The position numbers were made by a program, and so were the translations under genes. From an uncultured Alphaproteobacteria bacterium (GTDB taxonomy: Bacteria; Pseudomonadota; Alphaproteobacteria; Micavibrionales; UBA1664): a stretch of DNA of 64,000 nucleotides. This document shows positions 37,067-46,154 of this stretch, in pieces. The notes under the pieces are model-generated. The model searched no databases. It worked only from the letters and a program-made list of their open reading frames with translations, and was not told the origin of the DNA. The stretch spans positions 110,431-174,430 of the forward strand of contig CALSUG010000008.1 of assembly GCA_943789475.1 (NCBI GenBank), in the 5' to 3' direction. Each line of letters begins with the position of its first letter. Position 1 is the stretch's first letter.

Positions 37067-38143
37067 ATGTATTCAACAGCTGTTTATATCCATTGGCCAT
37101 ATTGCCTAAAAAAATGTCCGTATTGTGATTTTAATTCCCATGTAAAAGAACAAATTAATCATAATGATTGGCGATTGGCTTATGATCGTGAAATTGAACA
37201 TTATGCGAATATTCTTGGTAATCGATTAGTTACATCTGTATTTTTTGGTGGTGGAACACCAAGTTTGATGGAACCAGAAACGGTACAATATATTTTAGAA
37301 AAAATTCATGCGTGTTGGTCTATTGCAAATGACTGTGAGATTACATTAGAGGCGAATCCGACATCAATTGAAATACAAAAATTTAAAGAATTTTATGATG
37401 TCGGTGTTAACCGTGTATCGGTTGGTGTGCAATCATTGCGTGATGATCAATTAAGATTTTTGGGACGAGAGCATTCAGTATCCGAGGCTTTGAATGCATT
37501 GAAAATCGCGAATGATATTTTTGATCGTGTGTCATTTGATTTGATTTATGCACGGCCCGACCAAAACGATGGATGAATGGCGATGTGAATTAATGGAGGC
37601 ATTATCCTATGCCAAGGGACATATGTCATTGTATCAATTAACAATAGAAGATGGAACACAGTTTAAAACATTACGTGATAGTGGGACGATTGAAGGAGCT
37701 CAATTATGATATCGCGGGTGACATGTATTTAATGACGCAAGAAATGATGATCAAGGCCGGTATGCCGTCGTATGAAATTTCAAATTATGCAAGGATGGGG
37801 ACAAGAAAGTCAGCATAACCTGACTTATTGGCGATACAAAGATTATGTTGGCATCGGTCCTGGGGCACATGGTCGGTTAACACTAACTAATGGAGATAAA
37901 GTTGCAACGCGTACGCATAAGGCACCCGATGTATGGATGAATAACGTATTTGAAAATGGTCATGGCGCCAAACCATTTGAGGTGTTAAATACTCAAGATC
38001 AATTGGAAGAAGGGTTGATGATGGGGTTGAGGTTGCGTGAAGGGGTTGAGATGTCGGCATTACCGATAAACAAACTAAGCACATTGTTCGATAACGATTT
38101 TTTACGGTGTGAAAATGATCGTATTTTTTGTACCGCAAGATAA
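37067..38143 (+). pseudogene. hemW: radical SAM heme chaperone HemW (HemN-like), disrupted by three +1 frameshifts
   Basis: The N-terminal part has IHWPYCLKKCPYCDFNS (CxxxCxxC) and the C-terminal part has QESQHNLTYWRYKDYVGIGPGAHGR. Between about 37563 and 37801 the homologous reading (TMDEWRCELMEALSYAKGHMSLYQLTIEDGTQF..., then YDIAGDMYLMTQEMMIKAGMPSYEISNYAR) runs in the other two frames. In-frame stops lie at 37574, 37707 and 37816. Confidence 0.75.
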
Positions 38144-38267
38144 ATGGCCTGTTTTGGATTCTATTCTAGCAAAAATTTTAACAACTCTTTAAAGAGTTCC
38201 CTTGCATACAGGTGTTTTGCGTCGTAAAAAGACAATTGAGAAATGAAGTATAATGCATAGGCATTAA

Positions 38268-39371
38268 TTGGAAAGAAATAAGAGTATGGTTGATTGGGCA
38301 AATATAGGTATTGATACAGGACGTTTTACCTTGCACGAAGATGGTCAAATAACATGGCAGGAAAACAAAACGAATCCTTTGCCAGGCGATGCGGTGGCCT
38401 TAATTGTTAAGGGAGATGACATTTTATCACCGCAGGTGACATTGATTGAAACACACGGTTTGGATGATAATCAACAAAAACACGCAATGAGTATGATTGG
38501 TGATTGGTTACAAGGTCATCTAAAAACAGTTTTGGCGCCGTTATATAATTTGTTGGATAACAGTGAATATGCACTTGAGGGCGTGGCGAAGGATATTGGT
38601 GAATGCCTTTATAACAATTTGGGTGTTGTTCACCGCAGTGAAATTGAAAAGTTCGTACCTGAATTGACGCCAGAATTACGCGTGGGTATCCGCAAAAAAC
38701 GTATTAAAATGGGGCCAATTTTGGTGTTTATGCCTGAATTGGTAAAGCCAGCGGCTATTAATTTACGTGCACTCCTCTCTGGTCTATGGAATGGTGAGAA
38801 ATTACCGATGCAACGTCCTGCCGATGGTCGTGTGTCGATTACGATTGATCCAGATGCTGTGCATCGTAATTATTATCGTTCAATTGGGTATCCAATTTTT
38901 GGTAACATGGCTATTCGTATCGATATGTTGGATCGAGTTATTACGGATATCTATGATTCATCAAAAGATTTTAAATTTCAGGCACAACATAAACATATGG
39001 AATGGTTAGGGTGTGGTGAGGAAGATCTGTACGCCATATTAGGATCGATGGGATTCAAAAAACAACATGTTGAAGAGACTGCCCCTACGGAGGAAGTTGT
39101 GATCGCTGTACCAGAAGAGAAAACGGTAACAGATGGACCTTCTGCAACAGAAGAAGCAAAGGTGAAGGTTGAGCTTGCAACATTTTTCCTGAAAAAAGGA
39201 AAAATATCAGATCGGCCAAAACCAAAAATGGCACCGAAACGTGATACAAAACATGTAAAAAAATCACATACGAAAAAAACGCCACGTGCGAATAATTTCA
39301 GCGCGAAGCCAAAAAAGAACGAAATTGATGAAGATTCTCCATTCGCAATTTTGAAACAATTAAAGACATAA
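38268..39371 (+). CDS. hypothetical protein with a lysine-rich tail, possibly a stand-alone relic of the C-terminal region of an alphaproteobacterial Suv3-like helicase
   Basis: 367 aa. GIRKKRIKMGPILVFMPELVKPAAINLRALLSGLWNG and the tail KPKKNEIDEDSPFAILKQLK resemble, from memory, the non-catalytic C-terminal part of large helicase-related proteins. No helicase core lies upstream. Confidence 0.45.
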   Translation: MERNKSMVDWANIGIDTGRFTLHEDGQITWQENKTNPLPGDAVALIVKGDDILSPQVTLIETHGLDDNQQKHAMSMIGDWLQGHLKTVLAPLYNLLDNSEYALEGVAKDIGECLYNNLGVVHRSEIEKFVPELTPELRVGIRKKRIKMGPILVFMPELVKPAAINLRALLSGLWNGEKLPMQRPADGRVSITIDPDAVHRNYYRSIGYPIFGNMAIRIDMLDRVITDIYDSSKDFKFQAQHKHMEWLGCGEEDLYAILGSMGFKKQHVEETAPTEEVVIAVPEEKTVTDGPSATEEAKVKVELATFFLKKGKISDRPKPKMAPKRDTKHVKKSHTKKTPRANNFSAKPKKNEIDEDSPFAILKQLKT

Positions 39372-39501
39372 AAATATTTTCAATTTTAAATAAAATTCCC
39401 CTAGTACTGTTGTTTCGAATTAGAGTGAATTTTCAGACTGTCTTTAAGTTTTAAGGGGATACTGAATAGGAAGGTAAGGGATTTTATATCTTATCTTTGT
39501 T

Positions 39502-39570
39502 GAGGGATCTCGCGGATTGTTTTCACGTCTGGGTAAAAACAGGAACGCCGTGGGGTCTCTCACTTTTTTA
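39502..39570 (+). terminator. long plus-strand-specific hairpin followed by a T-run (terminator or 3' end of an sRNA/long 3' UTR)
   Basis: GAGGGATCTCGCGG pairs with CCGTGGGGTCTCTC over 14 bp, including 4 G-U pairs that become C-A mismatches on the other strand. An inner TGTTTT/AAAACA helix is present, followed by ACTTTTTTA. Confidence 0.45.
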
Positions 39571-39577
39571 TTTACTA

Positions 39578-40888
39578 TTATTTTGGTGTAAACATTTGTT
39601 TCAGACTGGGCGATTGAAAAGAAAAAGAAGTTTTTCGGCCTTGAACAATCTGGCCAAGTAGTGTCTTCCTTAAGTTCGGTTCCTTTGTTTGAATATCAAG
39701 AGTATCTACCCCATTAATATTTGGTAATGAAGTTTTTGAAATAACCCTTATTAAACCAAATGAAGCGTTAGAGGGTTGAACTGCACGGAAGTCATGATGG
39801 TACATTATTACTTGCCTGTTGGTGTATCGTTGTAATAGATCAGCCTTCGCTTTTGCCCATACTTCTAAGGCTGTTATTTGTTTTTCAATATTTTTTTGTA
39901 ATCGCGTATTGTCTGCAATTGCTAGTAATGCATCATCGTATCGTCTTAATGCAATCACGTGTCTTTTATGAGCCTGCTTCCAATTCATATGTCGTTTTCC
40001 TTGAACAATGATTGATCCATGCTCTGGCCATGTATCAAGCCCTAAAACAGAAGGGCTATTTTCGTATGATTTATAGAATTGTTCCTTTTTCTTCATTACT
40101 TTTTTCGCAGTTAAAAGGCGGGTATGTGTTTCCACCCACTTATCTCTGTATAAACGTTGCCCAAGGTGATTGTATAGAGCATGTGCTTCTTCTTTTTTTC
40201 TTGTTAAATCTTTTTCCTTTTCTGTATCTAATGCGACAGTACTACTCCGTGCTTCATCAAGAAAATTTTCTAACAAATTGTGATGATCATCAATATATCC
40301 AGTGTGAAGTGAACCGTCATGTTTTAATAAAAAATCAACGAATGCAATGGTAAGACCATATAATTCTTGATCTTTAAAGCGATCACGAATTCTTTTTAAC
40401 TTTATTGTAGATTGTGTGGGTAAAGCTTCGTCCATAAGCAGAAGAAATAATGTTTCTTTTGTATGCTCACATGAGGTGGAAAGAAGAGATGGACCATTGT
40501 AAACGTCCAACATAGCATCGCGCATAACCCCTGATGCCGCACCAGCATCATGTGGAATAAGATCATAAGGTTGAATGTTGAAATTTTGACAAAATTTAAG
40601 AACATCTTCAACCTTGAGATCTAGTTCACCACTTTCCATCAAATTATATTCTTCTTCAGAGCAATCTAGAATTTTAGCAACATTGTATGTTGTTTCACCT
40701 ACGTCTTCACGATAGGCTTTGAAAGGATGTAAGCCAGCATTGATTGCATCATGTGGGTGATTAAACGTTTTTTCAATCTCTTTTACGAAATCGGAATGTG
40801 GGGTATCTGTAGTGTTCTCTGGCTGTATTGTGGTAACGAGGGCAAACGCTCTGTTGTTATACACGGCAGGTAAGTTTTTATCGGACAT
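39578..40888 (-). CDS. hypothetical protein with an N-terminal XRE-type helix-turn-helix
   Basis: 436 aa. TTYNVAKILDCSEEEYNLMESGELDLKVEDVLKFCQNFNIQPYDLI resembles an HTH_3/XRE domain. The remaining roughly 320 aa are unrecognised. Confidence 0.5.
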   Translation of the reverse strand: MSDKNLPAVYNNRAFALVTTIQPENTTDTPHSDFVKEIEKTFNHPHDAINAGLHPFKAYREDVGETTYNVAKILDCSEEEYNLMESGELDLKVEDVLKFCQNFNIQPYDLIPHDAGAASGVMRDAMLDVYNGPSLLSTSCEHTKETLFLLLMDEALPTQSTIKLKRIRDRFKDQELYGLTIAFVDFLLKHDGSLHTGYIDDHHNLLENFLDEARSSTVALDTEKEKDLTRKKEEAHALYNHLGQRLYRDKWVETHTRLLTAKKVMKKKEQFYKSYENSPSVLGLDTWPEHGSIIVQGKRHMNWKQAHKRHVIALRRYDDALLAIADNTRLQKNIEKQITALEVWAKAKADLLQRYTNRQVIMYHHDFRAVQPSNASFGLIRVISKTSLPNINGVDTLDIQTKEPNLRKTLLGQIVQGRKTSFSFQSPSLKQMFTPK

Positions 40889-41396
40889 TTAAAATACTTT
40901 GTGGTTGTGTTTGTCGTGATTGTCTTATTTTTTGGTTTCGTAATTTTCCATACACTGTTTTAAATTGTTGGTATTCTGTGTTTTGTGTCCATGCATGAAA
41001 AGTATCTGTTTGAGCGTCTATAAGGTCTATGGCCTCGTTACACGTTTTAATAATGGCATTGCTTGTTTCAACTTCTGCGAGTGCATCGTATAATGGTTCT
41101 AAACGCTTTCTTGTCTTTATTTCGCCCAAATAACCACTAATTTGAGTAAAATTTATAGAGCAACGTTTTTGCGAACTGTTTTGCATTATGATTTTTGCTG
41201 CTGCAGGCTCTAAATCACACTTCAGGCGTAAATCTTCATAAAATCGTTGGTCATCTCGCTGTGTTCGATCTCTTTTGTATCGTTTTCCCAATCCTTCGAT
41301 TATTCGCCAAGAAGGAGCTTCTTTTGGTTGTTGGCATGCTTTTTTAAGTGCCTCTTGAATAATTATTACACCAGTTTTATTTGTCATTTTTCCCAT
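40878..41396 (-). CDS. hypothetical protein
   Basis: The track ORF is 186 aa. I prefer the MGKMTNKTG start at 41396 because the preceding codons (MRPFCFYCYGKNKK) lie in a poly-A/T stretch. The 3' end overlaps the next gene by 11 nt. Confidence 0.4.
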   Translation of the reverse strand: MGKMTNKTGVIIIQEALKKACQQPKEAPSWRIIEGLGKRYKRDRTQRDDQRFYEDLRLKCDLEPAAAKIIMQNSSQKRCSINFTQISGYLGEIKTRKRLEPLYDALAEVETSNAIIKTCNEAIDLIDAQTDTFHAWTQNTEYQQFKTVYGKLRNQKIRQSRQTQPQSILNVR

Positions 41397-41496
41397 TTTT
41401 TTATTTTTACCATAACAATAAAAACAAAAAGGACGCAATGAAAAAAGAATAGTTGTTCAAAAAAAGTAATAATGTTTCGCGGTGTGTTTGGTTTGG

Positions 41497-42777
41497 TTAT
41501 TCGTTAAAGAAGTCGATTTGCCATTTAAGATCGCTATCAGCTATAGGAAATTCATCACCATTTTTCGGGTAAATGAGTTCTCGCGGTTGAATTTTTGCGA
41601 TTGTTTTTTGAATTTCCAATGCTGTTCTCATTGACAGGTTTGCTTTCCACACCACAGCCGTCGATGCCTTTGGAGATTGTGTTTCAATCATTTTTTTGAC
41701 GACGTTTAATGGCAGATCGCTTTTAAGAGATAATGCATGATAAACAAAATCATATTCACGAAGGGCAAGTGCATCCCGAATGGAATCATCATCTAATGCA
41801 TCTCTCTTTTGAAGTGATGTTGCTTTTTCTTCTGGTGTAATTCTATTGCCTTTATCGTCAACCAAAAAATTGACTCGTCGTGATACCGTATCCATTAATT
41901 CATTACGCATGTCTTTCGCCATATCCGTACGTTCAAAAATTAATTTTTGGATCGAACTGTCAACAAATGTGATAATTTCGCGCATCACCCGTGCAGGAAG
42001 ATGTGTTTGAAGGGCAAGTGGTTTATGCCATTCGGGTTTTTCGGGTGCTTGGCGTAGAATTTTATCGATGTCTTCATCTGAAATTTTTGCAGTTTTGTTT
42101 TCAATCAAAATTTTTCCTGCTTTTGTTTGATTGGTTTCAACGACGGCGCCGGCAACGTCCATATGGATGTCTTGGCGGCTTGCGATAGCCTCAACAACCC
42201 AGCTTTCAGGATGTTGGATAAGGATGTCGACTAATGTTTCTGTGGAGACTGCAGTGCAAAACTTTAATATAGGTTCGGATACTTGGCGTTCTAAATCACG
42301 CGCCAATTGTGATGCGACCTCAGGTGGGGCATATAATTCGTCTTTTAATGCGGATGAAAGTGCTAAACGAACTTTTAAAACTTCATCCAAGGCCAAAATA
42401 CCAAGAGCTTGTGCAGCAAAAGCATAAAGATGGGTGTATTGATCTTGTGATAAATCGGGTAACAATGCTGTTAAACGTTTTATAAGGGCGATTTTAACAT
42501 CGACCTCGTCATCTTGTGCAAGGACTTCACTAACATGTATAGGTGTTGATGGATTTGATGCGACGGCTTTACGAACGCTCTTATCCTGATCTTCGGCAAG
42601 ATAATATAAAATTTCTAAATGAGTTTTTGGATTTTTGGCAATTTTCAAACGATCACGTGCAGATTTTGATTTTGCTTTTTCTCGTTCTACTTCGTATCGT
42701 TTGGGTTCATGAACCTGCTTTGTTAGGCCGATTGCTTTGTCTTTTGCACCCTTAAATAGTTTGTCAAATAATCCCAT
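41497..42777 (-). CDS. DUF2336-like HEAT/ARM-repeat protein
   Basis: 426 aa. Repeats such as AKNPKTHLEILYYLAEDQDKSVRKAVASNPSTP and VDVKIALIKRL fit my recollection of alphaproteobacterial DUF2336. Confidence 0.55.
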   Translation of the reverse strand: MGLFDKLFKGAKDKAIGLTKQVHEPKRYEVEREKAKSKSARDRLKIAKNPKTHLEILYYLAEDQDKSVRKAVASNPSTPIHVSEVLAQDDEVDVKIALIKRLTALLPDLSQDQYTHLYAFAAQALGILALDEVLKVRLALSSALKDELYAPPEVASQLARDLERQVSEPILKFCTAVSTETLVDILIQHPESWVVEAIASRQDIHMDVAGAVVETNQTKAGKILIENKTAKISDEDIDKILRQAPEKPEWHKPLALQTHLPARVMREIITFVDSSIQKLIFERTDMAKDMRNELMDTVSRRVNFLVDDKGNRITPEEKATSLQKRDALDDDSIRDALALREYDFVYHALSLKSDLPLNVVKKMIETQSPKASTAVVWKANLSMRTALEIQKTIAKIQPRELIYPKNGDEFPIADSDLKWQIDFFNE

Positions 42778-42826
42778 AGGGAATAATTTAAATGATTATC
42801 ACGTATTAGAGAAACAAAAATTAAAA

Positions 42827-43564
42827 TTATTTCAAAGAATAGAGGGCAACCGCCGCGGCGTTAGATACATTTAATGTTGGTACAGGTCCATCCGTTGGTA
42901 GGCGTAGCAAGGATGTGCAGGTTTCTTTTACTTTTTGGCGTAATCCTGGCCCTTCGGCGCCCATAACAAGGCATGTTTTTCCTGATTTTTCTATATCGTT
43001 GATGTATTGGCCTTCTTCGTCCAAACCAATGACATTGAAAAAATTATCCTGTAATTGCTCTATCGCGCGTGACAAATTTGTTTCACGCATGATGGGGATG
43101 TGTTCAACCGCGCCACAGGCTGATTTTGCCAATGTGCCTGTGATTTCTGGTGCGTGGCGTGATTGGACAATAATGGCGGATGCGCCAAATGCGGCGGCGG
43201 AACGTAATATCGCGCCAACATTATGTGGGTCTGTGACCTGATCCAACATGACCAGTGTTATATTATCATTTGTTTTTGATTTTATAATAATGTCGGATAG
43301 GAATGTTTCTTCTAATGGTGAACATTGCACTGCAATTCCTTGGTGGACAACATCTCTGGGTAGGCGTTTGCTCATTGTTGCGCGGTCAACCATATCTGGT
43401 TTTGGGCGTTTTAAACCACTTGGTAACTCGCATTCATTGATGATTTTTTCTGTTTTTTCTGTCACGAGCAGTGAGTGAATAACACGATTAGGGTTTTGCC
43501 ATGCGTGTATAACCGCATGTGTACCCCATAACCATTCTGTATTTTTGATTTGTCCTTTTTGCAT
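42827..43564 (-). CDS. rlmB: 23S rRNA (guanosine-2'-O-)-methyltransferase RlmB (SpoU/TrmH family)
   Basis: Start set at MQKGQIKN (ATG at 43564). LDQVTDPHNVGAILRSAAAFG, LVMGAEGPGLR and LNVSNAAAVALY are SpoU motifs. Confidence 0.85.
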   Translation of the reverse strand: MQKGQIKNTEWLWGTHAVIHAWQNPNRVIHSLLVTEKTEKIINECELPSGLKRPKPDMVDRATMSKRLPRDVVHQGIAVQCSPLEETFLSDIIIKSKTNDNITLVMLDQVTDPHNVGAILRSAAAFGASAIIVQSRHAPEITGTLAKSACGAVEHIPIMRETNLSRAIEQLQDNFFNVIGLDEEGQYINDIEKSGKTCLVMGAEGPGLRQKVKETCTSLLRLPTDGPVPTLNVSNAAAVALYSLK

Positions 43565-43647
43565 GTAGATACCTTTACCGTAGAAAAGGCATAGCGTCAC
43601 GCATTATTATATTGACATATACACCTTGTTTAATGTAAATATCTCAA

Positions 43648-44577
43648 ATGTATTCTCAATTTGGGCGCTATTTACATGACTTGATAAGCGGTGACGATGT
43701 TTCGCTTGTGTGTGATGCATTAGGCATTGAACATTTTTGGAATGCTCTCTTTCAAATGCCCTCTACGGAAAAATACGACTTAATCCATGAAATATTAACG
43801 GTTATGCCTGTGGGAGTAGATGATAAATCAAATGAGGCCAAACCATATGTTGAACCGGTTGTCTTTTTGATGATGTCGATTCCATACGAACAATCATTTG
43901 AGCATGAACAAAAAATGGCTGTTGATGCTGTAGATAAATCATGGAGAAATTATTCGAAGAATAGATCTACTAATATGGATTTATTGCGACGCTTGGTAAG
44001 TGATCTTCAATTTAAAATGGGTATTCAGGATGGTGTCAATGTTGGTTTGCGATATGCTAATAATAATACACCGATTGATATTCGTAAAAAATTTAATGGA
44101 AATGCAGCTATTTATAGCCCTATTCCTTTATCTATATTGAAAGAGGAGTTCACTATTGAATGCGCAGATGTACATCCTACAAGTATTTTGTTGAATGGAG
44201 AAGAGGTCGTAAATCATTCTGTCGATGATTTGGCATTATGGACAGCTCATGAGATGATCCATCATCACCAACGTTTTACAAAATTTTCAGAAATAAGAGA
44301 GCAACAATCTAGTGCAATTGCAAAACGAATTAACCGCACTATGCCACGGACAGCGTATTTCACATTAATGGAGGAGCGTCAAGCGTTCGCGTTTGAAGGG
44401 TGGATGTTTGATACGATGAATGGCGATGCATTACGTACAGAGAAACAAATAACATGTGATAATTTGTGGTTTAAAGGAAAGTTATCAGGTGAATTGATTG
44501 ATAAAATACATGATTATCAAATGTTTGTTAATGAACAAGAGCAAAAGAAAACAGCGAAATTAGCTGTGGCATTTTAA
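43648..44577 (+). CDS. hypothetical protein with an HExxHxxQ zincin-like motif
   Basis: 309 aa. WTAHEMIHHHQRF, followed about 30 aa later by MEERQAFAFE (a possible third ligand). No other similarity recognised. Confidence 0.45.
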   Translation: MYSQFGRYLHDLISGDDVSLVCDALGIEHFWNALFQMPSTEKYDLIHEILTVMPVGVDDKSNEAKPYVEPVVFLMMSIPYEQSFEHEQKMAVDAVDKSWRNYSKNRSTNMDLLRRLVSDLQFKMGIQDGVNVGLRYANNNTPIDIRKKFNGNAAIYSPIPLSILKEEFTIECADVHPTSILLNGEEVVNHSVDDLALWTAHEMIHHHQRFTKFSEIREQQSSAIAKRINRTMPRTAYFTLMEERQAFAFEGWMFDTMNGDALRTEKQITCDNLWFKGKLSGELIDKIHDYQMFVNEQEQKKTAKLAVAF

Positions 44578-45176
44578 TGAATATGACATTCCATAATACC
44601 GAACATTTTTTAGATAGAGATCAGTTCATTAGATTTTTCTTTAATATGGCATCTGATTTGCGCGATAATTTGTCAAATACCCGTGATCAAACACCGATAT
44701 TCATAGCATTAAATGGTCAGGGACAGAGTGGTAAAGAGCTTATCGCTCTAGTTTTTGATATGGCTTTTCATCCAGAAAAATATCCTAGATCTATTATTGA
44801 CCGTAATACGAAGGCTGATTTTTTGTTGCATAGCTCGCGCGCGAGTTACATCCATTTTCTGAATGCGCAAGGGCTAGTTTGTGAAACAAGTGATGATGTT
44901 GATATGTTTTTGCAAAAAATTGCCAATCAAGCGCCACAGTCACAAATTCATTTTGTTTCAAATCTAAGACATGTTTTTGCAAGGAATAGTGATGATAAAA
45001 CAATTTTGAATTCGCAACTGTTAGATATAGCCGTAATTGTTACAAAAGACGACGATCTTGCGCGAAAAGAATCGGGGTTGGACGCAAACACCCTTCAAAA
45101 GATGTTGTTTGGATTTCGTAGGACATGCAGTTTGAGTGTTCGTTCTACATCTCCATTGGCGGCGCATTTAAAATAA
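44577..45176 (+). CDS. hypothetical protein with a degenerate P-loop
   Basis: 199 aa. The start overlaps the upstream stop (TAATG). IFIALNGQGQSGKELIA resembles Walker A GxxxxGK[ST] but has Glu in the S/T position. Confidence 0.4.
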   Translation: MNMTFHNTEHFLDRDQFIRFFFNMASDLRDNLSNTRDQTPIFIALNGQGQSGKELIALVFDMAFHPEKYPRSIIDRNTKADFLLHSSRASYIHFLNAQGLVCETSDDVDMFLQKIANQAPQSQIHFVSNLRHVFARNSDDKTILNSQLLDIAVIVTKDDDLARKESGLDANTLQKMLFGFRRTCSLSVRSTSPLAAHLK

Positions 45177-45177
45177 T

Positions 45178-46029
45178 TTATACTGCAAAGGCATATTTAA
45201 TTGGTTCGTGGAATTCGTATCCTTCGACACTAAAATCATCTGTTGTGACCCACGTTTCCAAATCTTCCAGTGATTTGATATCTGGATTGATGTGGAATGT
45301 TGGGGCTTCGAACGGTTCACGGGTTAGTTGGATGTCACGCATGGGCTCTAGCTGATCTTCATAAATATGCGCATTGATAATTTTATGATATGCCATGCCA
45401 GGTTTATGTCCTGTAATTTGTGCCATAATCGCAAGGAAGAAATAAACCTGTACCATATTAAAATTCAATCCCAATGGCACATCGCATGATCGTTGATAGC
45501 TGGTCAAATGAAGGGTGTCACCAATTAATGAAAATGTATGTGTGTGCATACATGGACGCAAACATCCCATGTGAAATTCACCTGGGTTATAAAAGGACAA
45601 AATTTCACCACGGTCATCGGTTCCATTGGTTAAATTGTCGACAATTTTTCGCAATTGATCGACATGACCACCATCTGGCTTTGTCCATGAGCGTCCCTGC
45701 ACACCATAAACACGACCCATGTCATCTTCACCCTTGCGGTGTTCATTATTAAGCCATACATCATTTTGATTGGCGTTGGCGTCCCACGTTTTACACCCGA
45801 TGTTACGAAATTGCTCGGCGTTATCATATCCACGGATATAGCCTAAAAATTCGGCTATGGCTGCCTTCCAATATGATTTACGTGTTGTGACCAATGGAAA
45901 TTCACCTGCACCAACATTATACTGTAAATCCGCATTGATAACGGTTAGGCAACGTTTTCCCGTACGTTTGTTTTCAATCCAATGACCATTATCAACGATA
46001 TTGCGACATAAATTTTCGTATTGGGACAT
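45178..46029 (-). CDS. thyA: thymidylate synthase (ThyA)
   Basis: Start set at [12 protein letters not shown] (ATG at 46029). The catalytic region is [11 protein letters not shown], and the C-terminal half has the typical ThyA block NAHIYEDQ. Confidence 0.9.
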   Translation of the reverse strand: MSQYENLCRNIVDNGHWIENKRTGKRCLTVINADLQYNVGAGEFPLVTTRKSYWKAAIAEFLGYIRGYDNAEQFRNIGCKTWDANANQNDVWLNNEHRKGEDDMGRVYGVQGRSWTKPDGGHVDQLRKIVDNLTNGTDDRGEILSFYNPGEFHMGCLRPCMHTHTFSLIGDTLHLTSYQRSCDVPLGLNFNMVQVYFFLAIMAQITGHKPGMAYHKIINAHIYEDQLEPMRDIQLTREPFEAPTFHINPDIKSLEDLETWVTTDDFSVEGYEFHEPIKYAFAV

Positions 46030-46116
46030 TAGCGATGATTCCTTTTTATTTTTTATAAGCGTAAGAATGTTTGAAAAAATATACAAGAAAATGAGTCTTA
46101 ATATCCGCAACAATTA

Positions 46117-46145
46117 TTGTGTATGTACTTATGTTGCGTTATACT
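46117..46145 (+). promoter_or_regulatory. sigma-70-type promoter for the tmRNA gene (TTGTGT-17 nt-TATACT)
   Basis: Read directly: -35 at 46117-46122, a 17-nt spacer, -10 at 46140-46145. Confidence 0.5.
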
Positions 46146-46154
46146 GTGGTTACC

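Noticed and set aside
38183-38198. 16-bp perfect palindrome AACTCTTTAAAGAGTT just after the hemW stop.
   Set aside because: About one perfect 8+8 palindrome is expected by chance in 64 kb. No U-run follows it and no obvious promoter context surrounds it.
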